Under the pieces are notes generated by a model. That model had not been told where the DNA came from. It worked only from the letters and a program-made list of their open reading frames with translations, and ran no database searches. Made by a program: the position numbers and the translations under genes. A stretch of 64,000 nt of DNA from a virus (Duplodnaviria > Caudoviricetes): the IMG/VR virus record IMGVR_UViG_3300043447_000100, positions 1-64,000 of that record. The stretch is one strand, 5' to 3'. This document shows, in pieces, positions 56,630 through 64,000 of the stretch. How positions within the stretch are numbered: position 1 is the stretch's first letter; each line of letters starts with the position of its first letter.

Positions 56630-56698
56630 TATTTAGTTTTGTCTTCGTTCGTATAGAAGACATTCCAACAGTCGTTCCATATCCAAAATGAATAAATA
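56630..56698. promoter_or_regulatory. Divergent late promoters: ACTAAATA (-, 56630-56637) and AATAAATA (+, 56691-56698), with a 7-bp inverted repeat (56640-56662) between them
   Basis: Motifs seen directly; TGTCTTC...GAAGACA. Confidence 0.6.
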
Positions 56699-56724
56699 CA
56701 TGATAAAGGCAGAGAACAACTACA

Positions 56725-59700
56725 ATGTCAAAGCAAATCATTAACTTAGGCTCTTCAGCAAACGACGGAACAGGTGATCCGTTACGAGTTGCGTTTGAGA
56801 AGATCAATAACAACTTCAGTGAACTGTTCAATACGGCCATGCCTAACGGCCCGGACGGCAGTATTCAGTATCGTGCTGGCAACGACCTAACCGACGCTGC
56901 CTATCTTGGCGGCACATATGTAGCCATCGGCAAGCCTAACCGCGTTCTAACAAGTACAGACGCATCTACCTGGGACACTGGCTCAACACCTACCTCTGCT
57001 GACCTAAACTCACTTGTATCAGACGGCTATAATATCTATGGCGTAGGCGACTCCGGCACAATCGTAAGCACAACTACTGGCACAACCTGGACCACACAAA
57101 CTTCAGGCACAACTGAAGACCTGTATTTTATCGCAGTCAACGCCGCCGGTAATCAATTTGTAGCAGTAGGCGCTAACGGCACAATTCTAACCTCTTCAAT
57201 CACAGCGGGCGCAGTAGCAACAGCCTGGACCACACAAACTTCTCCTGTAACAACAGCCCTACGCTCTGTTGCCCATGACGCAATACTAAACGTATGGGTA
57301 GCAGTAGGCGACAGTGGTGTTGTTCTAACTTCTACAACCGGCGCTACCTGGACTCAAGCAGTAGTACCTGTAAGCGTAGCATACACTGGCGTTACCGCAT
57401 ACAACGGCTACTTCTTAGTCGTAGGCGCATCAGGCACAGTATTAGAAACTGCTGACACAATCACTTGGACAAATAGAACGGGCACGACTACTGAAAATCT
57501 AACAGGCGTCACCTCAATTTCAATCCCTGCTGTACCTACACCAATTCAAACAGCGTTTGCTGTTGGCGATAACGGTACCATCATTAGCAGTCCATTCAAC
57601 ATGGGCTTTACAGCATGGGACGCGACTACTTACCCGTCAACAACTACTAATGATCTCTACGGCGTAGTCAACCTCAACGGTATGCTACAAGCGATGGGCT
57701 ATCGTGGTACGGTAGTTCAAATGATTGACGGTGCGTTAGCATCAGACGATATTGACGCAGGCTTGTCAGGCAGTGCTAAACTAATCTTTGATGAAGCGGC
57801 TAACTTAGTTTCAATCGCTTCTAATATCGTACCTCAAACAGACGTAGCATGGTCACTTGGTGCTAACGGCAACGCATGGGGCAACATTTGGGTCTCTGGC
57901 GCAAGCGGCTTACACGTAGGTGAAGTAGACATTCGAACAAGTCTAAACACAGTAACCTTACACACTACAGGTAACGTAGCAAACTTAGCAAACTTATCAG
58001 TCAACACGCTAACAGCCGCCGGCGGCATCAACGCACCTAACTTGACTGTTGCTAACCTAGACGTAACTAACATTGCTAACATCAACATCATTGATGCTAA
58101 CACTGCTACTATTGATGAACTAACTTCATCAAACATCACAACTGGCAACCTAACCTCCGCTAACGGTACATTCACATCCGACGTATCAATCGCAGGCAAT
58201 CTAACAGTTGCGGGCAACTCATTCATTTCGCTTGCTAACAATACACAAACCGGTAACTTAGCGGTTGTTGGTAACGCTCGTGTTCTAGGCAATCTACTTG
58301 TTGATGATGATATCAGAGCAGACTTCTATTACGGTAACGGTGTCAATCTAACAGGTATCACTAAGGGCGCTAATGGTCCAGCGGGCACTATTCAGTTCGC
58401 TCTAGGCGACGGTGCTAACTTCTCATATGACGCTACGCTCTACTGGTCTAATGACGCTACTCGAACACTTTACTCACCTAACTTTGCTGGTAACTTCATC
58501 GGTAACTTGTCAGGCAATATCAATGCCAACGCAATCACAGCCAACTACATTGATGTAAACATTCAAGCAAACATCGCATCACTCTACGCAGAGTATGCTA
58601 ACATCAACGGCGAACTCGATGTTATCGACATTACTACTACCGGCAACATCGTAAGCGGGGGCAATCTATCAGTTGCCGGTAGTACTTCTATTACTGGCGA
58701 CATTACTGCCGCACAAGCAACATTTGCAAACGTAAATACGGGCAATGTTAGAGTTACCGCAAACATCTTAGCACAGAACGTCACTGCTAATGCTAACGTA
58801 TCAGCCGCAAACGTTATTGCCACTCGTATTGAATCAGCAACAGTTACTGCTACAACATCAGTAACAACACCGCTAATCACCGCCACTGCCGGTACAATCA
58901 CAACAGCAACTGGTACAACGCTAAACTACACAACAGCAACGATTCCTACAATCAATGCTACAACAGTCACAGCCGCAACATCAGTAACAGCACCTGAGTT
59001 CTACGGCAATCTAAACGGCAACGTTACTGCTACTCGTGCTACAATCACAGGTAACTTAGATGTAGGCAACGTCAACATTCTAACTAGTGCTGGTTCATTC
59101 AACGGCAATCTAAACGGCAACGTAGTCGGTACAACTGGTACATTCTCAGGCACAATGACTGCCGCTATCAGTGACTTAGGTATTGCTACTGCCGATTCAC
59201 TAACAACGCCAGCGATTACAGTTGACGATATCAATGTAAACACAGCACTAGACGCTCCTCTAGCACGTATCACACAACTAAACGTTGGTAATACCACTGC
59301 TACCGGTAACATCACTGCTACTAACTTTATCGCTAGTGGCGCTTTCCGCGGTTCACTAGTTGGTAACGTAACAGGTAACGTAACAGGCAACGTAGCAGGT
59401 AACATTGTATCAACAGGTACATCAACATTTGCTAACGCTTCATTCGGTAACATTACTGCCGTCGGCAACGCTCAGATTACTAATCTAACGGCGACTACTA
59501 CAACATTCGGTACAGCAAACGTCAACGGCAACTTACGTGCGGGCAACATCGACGGCGGTAACTTAGTTCGTGCTAACTACTTCGAAGGCGTATTCACAAC
59601 AGCGTCAGCAGAACAACCTAACATCACGCTACTAGGTACACTACAGCAACTACGTGTTCAAGGTACTAGTAACTTTGCTGGCAATATCACAGCGGGCAAT

Positions 59701-62499
59701 GCTGTATTTGAAGGCAACGTAGAGATTGACCGCAACTTAGTTGTTACAGGCGGTCTAACAGTCTTAGGCAACACTACAACAATCAATGCTACAACGCTTG
59801 ACGTAGAAGACCCGATCATCAACTTAGGTGGCGGCTCAGGTGGTACACCACTACTAGCAGACGACGGCTTAGACCGTGGTGTTGCTATGTCTTACTACAC
59901 AACAAGTGCTCAGACAAGTTACATGGGTTGGAAGAATGACGAGGATCAATTCGTATTTGCTTCTCGTGCTACAATCACTAACAACATTGTAACAGCAGTA
60001 GAACTAGGCAACATCAGAGCAAACGTAGGTAACTTCAACACAATCACGATTGCTAACGATGCTACGTTCTCAAGCAACATTACTGCTGATAACATCACAG
60101 TAAGCGGCAACGTAGATGCGGCTTACTTACACGGCGATGGTTCAAACATCACTGACTTGACTGTAATGGGTCTAGCCGCTGGTGCTAACATCACACTCTC
60201 ACAAGACGCTACTACAAACGTTTGGACAATCACAGCGGCAATGGTCAGCCCAACAGTCGGCCCAGCAATGGCTGTACAGTTCTCAGATTCGGTAGGCAAC
60301 TTTGACGGTGATGCTAACTTCTTGTTCGACAAGGTAAATGCTAACCTCAACATCATCGGCAATGTCAATGCCACTGAGTTCTACGGCGATCTAACAGGCA
60401 ACGTCACTGGCAACATCACAGGTACGATTGCTTCATTTGCTACATCAGTTACAACGACCGACTTCTTCGGCGATCTAACAGGCGATGTAACTGGTAACGT
60501 TACTGGCAACATTACAGGTACTAGTGGCACATTCACTGGCAACATTAGTGCTGGTAACTTAGCAGTCACTGGTAACACAGCACTAGCTAACATGACTGCT
60601 AGTAACGCTACTATCGGTAACATCTACGGTAACATCAGAACAGGCACACAGCCGTTTATTACCGATCTACCAGGCTTAGTAACACTCAACGTATCAGGCA
60701 ATGCTACTGCTGGTAACGTCAATGCTGGCAACTTACTAACGGCTAACTTCTTACACGGTGTACTTGATATCCCTAGCGGCATTCAACCTAACATCACACA
60801 AGTTGGTACACTAACATCACTAAACGTTGGTGCTGGTATTACTTCGGCAACACTTACAACTACAGGCAACATCACAGCGCCTAACGTCAATGCTAATACA
60901 TTCGGCATTCATACAGGCAACGTAGTAGGCAACGTTCAGGGCAACTTGAGTGGTACTAACGTATCACTAACAAGCACAATCACAGCCGCTGTTGGTAACT
61001 TAGCAAACATCAACGCTAGTTACATCGACGGCGGTAACATGGTTACTGCTAACTATCTACACGGTGTCTTAGATGCTACAAGTTCAGCACAGCCTAACAT
61101 CACAAGTATTGGCACACTAGCAACACTAACAGTTGTTGGTAACATCAGTGCTGGTAATGTAGCAGGCGGCAACTTAGTTCGTGCTAACTTCTTACAAGGT
61201 ACACTAACAACTGCTCTACAGCCTAACATCACACAAGTTGGTACACTAAGCAACTTAGCAGTCGGTGCTAACATCACTGCTGGCGTTGACATCACTGCTG
61301 GCAACTTAGTAAGCGGTACATTCTTACACGGTGTCTTAGATGCTACAAGTGCGGCTCAACCTAACATTACTTCTGTTGGTACACTAACATCACTAACAGT
61401 TACAGGTACTGCTACTACAGGCAACATCACAGCCGCTAACGTTTCACTCAGTGGCAACATTACTGCCGCCGGTAACGTAAGTTCAGGCAACAATGTAAGC
61501 GGTATCAACGCACAGTTCACTGGTCTTGCTAACTTAGGCAACATTCGTATCACAGGCAGTAACATTACTGAAGTTGGTACAACAGCCGCTGGTAACTTCA
61601 GACTCAACAGTGCTAACAACAACCTAATCATCTCTACATCTAGACAAACAGCAACAGATGTAGCAGGTAAAGAACTAACAATCACAACCGGTGGTGCTGT
61701 CAGTGGCATGGTTGGCACAATCGGTGGCAACTTGAACCTAACAACTGGCAACGGCTTCCAAGCCAACGCTGGTCACATCAACATCAGAACTGGTAACGGT
61801 GAAGTTACAGGTGCTGCCGGTGGTAACATCTACATCGTGCCTGGTCACACTATCGGTAGTCCAGCGATTGTTGAAGGTGCTCTAACGTACATTCAAGGCG
61901 GTAACACAACAGATCGTGACGCTGGTCAAGTACAGATTCAAGGCGGTAATGCCTCTGGTGGCCTAGTATACGGCGGTAACGTAACAATCAAGCCTGGTGT
62001 TGGTACAATTGGCAACGCTCACGTATACATTGACAAGCATCGTTGGCCTAATGCTGACTCAACTGCTAACTCAGTGATTGCTACTGACGGTACAGGTAAC
62101 TTGACATTCTTGACCGCCGCACAATTACTAGGCAACTTGAAGACAGCGTTTAGTAACATAACTGCTAACACAGTTAGACTAGATGCTAACGTCAACCCTA
62201 ACTTGACAGTCAATGCTGGTAACGTAGTTACATTTGGTGGCCCAGTTCAAACTGTAGGCATCAAAGCAACTGCTCAAACAAGCAATACAGGTTCACACTT
62301 AGTTGAACTACGTGTAACACCAACCGGTGTTTACATTGATAACCCATTCAGTGCTAACATTGACTTTAGCACAAGTGGCAATAACTTACAAGACGACTTC
62401 GGCACACTAGACGGCGAGATCGGCACAAACTGGACTTGGGACATGAGTAAGAATCCATTAGCTGGATTACAAACTTTTGACCTTCAGACGCTACCATAA
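56725..62499 (+). CDS. Long fibre protein (1924 aa): gp9/gp10-type N-terminal anchor, Asp-box-like beta-propeller, long beta-helix shaft
   Basis: MSKQIINLGSSANDGTGDPLRVAFEKINNNFSEL is the T4 gp9/gp10-like N-terminal motif; GxSGTI-x2-S-x2-G-x2-W repeats; six QPNIT-x-GTL-type repeats. Confidence 0.8.
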   Translation: MSKQIINLGSSANDGTGDPLRVAFEKINNNFSELFNTAMPNGPDGSIQYRAGNDLTDAAYLGGTYVAIGKPNRVLTSTDASTWDTGSTPTSADLNSLVSDGYNIYGVGDSGTIVSTTTGTTWTTQTSGTTEDLYFIAVNAAGNQFVAVGANGTILTSSITAGAVATAWTTQTSPVTTALRSVAHDAILNVWVAVGDSGVVLTSTTGATWTQAVVPVSVAYTGVTAYNGYFLVVGASGTVLETADTITWTNRTGTTTENLTGVTSISIPAVPTPIQTAFAVGDNGTIISSPFNMGFTAWDATTYPSTTTNDLYGVVNLNGMLQAMGYRGTVVQMIDGALASDDIDAGLSGSAKLIFDEAANLVSIASNIVPQTDVAWSLGANGNAWGNIWVSGASGLHVGEVDIRTSLNTVTLHTTGNVANLANLSVNTLTAAGGINAPNLTVANLDVTNIANINIIDANTATIDELTSSNITTGNLTSANGTFTSDVSIAGNLTVAGNSFISLANNTQTGNLAVVGNARVLGNLLVDDDIRADFYYGNGVNLTGITKGANGPAGTIQFALGDGANFSYDATLYWSNDATRTLYSPNFAGNFIGNLSGNINANAITANYIDVNIQANIASLYAEYANINGELDVIDITTTGNIVSGGNLSVAGSTSITGDITAAQATFANVNTGNVRVTANILAQNVTANANVSAANVIATRIESATVTATTSVTTPLITATAGTITTATGTTLNYTTATIPTINATTVTAATSVTAPEFYGNLNGNVTATRATITGNLDVGNVNILTSAGSFNGNLNGNVVGTTGTFSGTMTAAISDLGIATADSLTTPAITVDDINVNTALDAPLARITQLNVGNTTATGNITATNFIASGAFRGSLVGNVTGNVTGNVAGNIVSTGTSTFANASFGNITAVGNAQITNLTATTTTFGTANVNGNLRAGNIDGGNLVRANYFEGVFTTASAEQPNITLLGTLQQLRVQGTSNFAGNITAGNAVFEGNVEIDRNLVVTGGLTVLGNTTTINATTLDVEDPIINLGGGSGGTPLLADDGLDRGVAMSYYTTSAQTSYMGWKNDEDQFVFASRATITNNIVTAVELGNIRANVGNFNTITIANDATFSSNITADNITVSGNVDAAYLHGDGSNITDLTVMGLAAGANITLSQDATTNVWTITAAMVSPTVGPAMAVQFSDSVGNFDGDANFLFDKVNANLNIIGNVNATEFYGDLTGNVTGNITGTIASFATSVTTTDFFGDLTGDVTGNVTGNITGTSGTFTGNISAGNLAVTGNTALANMTASNATIGNIYGNIRTGTQPFITDLPGLVTLNVSGNATAGNVNAGNLLTANFLHGVLDIPSGIQPNITQVGTLTSLNVGAGITSATLTTTGNITAPNVNANTFGIHTGNVVGNVQGNLSGTNVSLTSTITAAVGNLANINASYIDGGNMVTANYLHGVLDATSSAQPNITSIGTLATLTVVGNISAGNVAGGNLVRANFLQGTLTTALQPNITQVGTLSNLAVGANITAGVDITAGNLVSGTFLHGVLDATSAAQPNITSVGTLTSLTVTGTATTGNITAANVSLSGNITAAGNVSSGNNVSGINAQFTGLANLGNIRITGSNITEVGTTAAGNFRLNSANNNLIISTSRQTATDVAGKELTITTGGAVSGMVGTIGGNLNLTTGNGFQANAGHINIRTGNGEVTGAAGGNIYIVPGHTIGSPAIVEGALTYIQGGNTTDRDAGQVQIQGGNASGGLVYGGNVTIKPGVGTIGNAHVYIDKHRWPNADSTANSVIATDGTGNLTFLTAAQLLGNLKTAFSNITANTVRLDANVNPNLTVNAGNVVTFGGPVQTVGIKATAQTSNTGSHLVELRVTPTGVYIDNPFSANIDFSTSGNNLQDDFGTLDGEIGTNWTWDMSKNPLAGLQTFDLQTLP
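59611..61400 (+). repeat. Dispersed intragenic repeats encoding GN-x-V-x-ANYLHG-x-L-x5-QPNIT-x-VGTL
   Basis: Near-identical DNA such as cacggtgtcttagatgctacaagt and cctaacatcacacaagttggtacacta. Confidence 0.75.
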
Positions 62500-62506
62500 T
62501 GATAGC

Positions 62507-62514
62507 GATAAATA
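62507..62514 (+). promoter_or_regulatory. Late promoter GATAAATA
   Basis: Upstream of AGGA RBS and ATG 62542. Confidence 0.75.
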
Positions 62515-62541
62515 TTAGATAAACAACAGGAAGACCCTAAA

Positions 62542-64000
62542 ATGGCAACACAAGTACAATTTAGACGCGGCACGGCAGCACAAAATAACTCATTCACTGG
62601 CGGCGCTGGCGAACTAACAGTTAACCTATCATCAATGTCTCTACGAGTTCACGACGGCACAACAGCCGGCGGCTTTGAACTAGCTCGTGCTGACTTGACT
62701 AACGTTACTGGCTCAATCCCAGCACAACCAGGCGGTATTGATACAACAGTTCAATACAATGATGCTGGTGCTCTAACGGGTAGTACTAACTTTACATTCA
62801 ACAACATCACACAAACCACTACAATGGCTAACGTTGTTGTTACGGGTCAAGTTGGCAGTGGCTTGATTCCTAATGCTAACATTACATACGACTTAGGTAC
62901 TGCCACAAATCGTTGGAAAGACTTGTATCTAAGCGGTTCAACTATCTTTATTGGCGATGCTAACATCAAGTCATATCAGCAGGTTGTTCTCATTCAAGGT
63001 CTAAGTGTTACTGCTAGTGGTGCTGTTGACTTAGCAAACGTACCTAGTGCTGGTGGTATGTTCGTTGCTGGCACAGCGGGTGTCGGTGCTAACTTGAACG
63101 TAACAGGCGCAGCCGCTGTTGGTGCTAACCTATCAGTTACAGGCAATGCCGCTGTTACAGGTAACGCTACATTCTCAGCTAACGTAGCAGTTGCTAACGT
63201 ACTATCAAGTAACGTTGCTCTAGCAAACATCGCTAACGTAGCAAATATCATCAATGCTCCTAACGCTAATATCTCTAGCAATCTAGTAGCAGGTAACGCT
63301 AACATTGCTGGTAATCTAGCAGTTGTAGGCAACACAGTATTCACAGGCACAGTAAACGGCGGTAACGCTGCCTTTGCTAACATCTCTGTACAGAACATTA
63401 CTCTAAGTGGTACAACTTCTCTAGACCGTATCAACAACGGTGCTTCTCAGTTAATTTTCAACTCATTGAACGGTAACTTAGATGGTCAAATCAATGGCGT
63501 AGCAGTTATCACTTTAGCTGATAACCAAATCGTAGCAAGACAAACACTAAACGCTCTAGCAGGCATCACTACTACAACAGTTACAGCAAGTGGCGACATT
63601 ACTACAACTAGTGACGTAAACGCTGACGTAGTAAACGCCACAGGTGGCGTAAACACATCTACAGTAGATGCTGACAGTGGTGTAACAACTACAACCCTAA
63701 ATGCTAACGCTGGTGTAACAACTACAACAGTAACTTCAACTGCTGGTGTAAACACAACAACACTAGACGCTAACGCTGGTGTAACTACTACATCTGTCAC
63801 AGCAAACGTAGGCATGACTACTGCTAACTTGACTGCGACAGCAAACGTAAACTTAGGCCAGGTTGCTAACGTACACATTCAAGGCGGCACAGCTAATCAA
63901 TATCTACAAACAGATGGCTTAGGCACCTTAGTATGGTCAACTATACCATCAGGTAACGGCATTGCTAACGGCACATCAAACGTACTAATCCCTGTCGCTG
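62542..64000 (+). CDS. Fibre protein with Mtd-N/hyaluronidase-type N-terminal anchor, truncated by the window end
   Basis: MATQVQFRRGTAAQNNSFTGGAGELTVNL...LRVHDGTTAGGFELARADL, PGGIDTTVQYND, LIPNANITYDLGTATNRWKDLYLSG; absent from the ORF track because there is no stop in the window. Confidence 0.85.
   Translation, partial: MATQVQFRRGTAAQNNSFTGGAGELTVNLSSMSLRVHDGTTAGGFELARADLTNVTGSIPAQPGGIDTTVQYNDAGALTGSTNFTFNNITQTTTMANVVVTGQVGSGLIPNANITYDLGTATNRWKDLYLSGSTIFIGDANIKSYQQVVLIQGLSVTASGAVDLANVPSAGGMFVAGTAGVGANLNVTGAAAVGANLSVTGNAAVTGNATFSANVAVANVLSSNVALANIANVANIINAPNANISSNLVAGNANIAGNLAVVGNTVFTGTVNGGNAAFANISVQNITLSGTTSLDRINNGASQLIFNSLNGNLDGQINGVAVITLADNQIVARQTLNALAGITTTTVTASGDITTTSDVNADVVNATGGVNTSTVDADSGVTTTTLNANAGVTTTTVTSTAGVNTTTLDANAGVTTTSVTANVGMTTANLTATANVNLGQVANVHIQGGTANQYLQTDGLGTLVWSTIPSGNGIANGTSNVLIPVA
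63541..63830 (+). repeat. 33-bp (11-aa) tandem repeats, consensus TTLxAxAGVTT
   Basis: About eight consecutive units, e.g. TTLNANAGVTT, TTVTSTAGVNT, TTLDANAGVTT. Confidence 0.75.

Noticed and set aside
92-62499. Stop-codon reassignment (none of the called genes ends in TAG)
   Set aside because: All genes are full length under the standard code with no in-frame TAG to read through; avoidance alone is not evidence of recoding
48934-63878. Many 60-155 aa minus-strand ORFs (MPV.., MLP..) opposite the fibre genes, and similar shadow ORFs opposite the giant gene
   Set aside because: Antisense shadows of biased, repetitive codon usage; no RBS, promoter or recognisable motifs

Overview
A 64 kb segment of a large T4-like (contractile-tailed) dsDNA phage genome, almost entirely morphogenesis genes in a gene order rearranged relative to T4. 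The minus-strand baseplate block has a 6000-aa multi-domain protein, gp6-, gp25-, gp5- and gp53-like genes and probable hub and tube-initiator genes. A plus-strand island follows: gp55 late sigma factor, gp47/gp46 Mre11-Rad50 and a PD-(D/E)xK Holliday resolvase. Next come a ~580-bp non-coding but densely structured region and a gp26/gp51-like pair apparently joined by a -1 frameshift. The tape measure protein carries an M15 peptidase. The head module (gp20, core, gp21, gp22, gp23) holds three free-standing homing endonucleases, and a long array of modular fibre/adhesin genes closes the window. Late promoters read (G)ATAAATA, and many sit 5-7 nt before an ATG. The strongest novelty candidates are (1) a ~460-nt multi-stem RNA or origin element preceded by two covarying tandem hairpins; (2) a slippery site plus pseudoknot fusing the gp26-like and gp51-like ORFs; (3) two alternative adhesin heads ending in an identical docking peptide ahead of a shared body gene; (4) an antisense two-hairpin element over an HNH ribosome-binding site; and (5) codon-usage scars next to the homing endonucleases. 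All structures were folded by eye and all family calls come from motif recognition; no database search was run.
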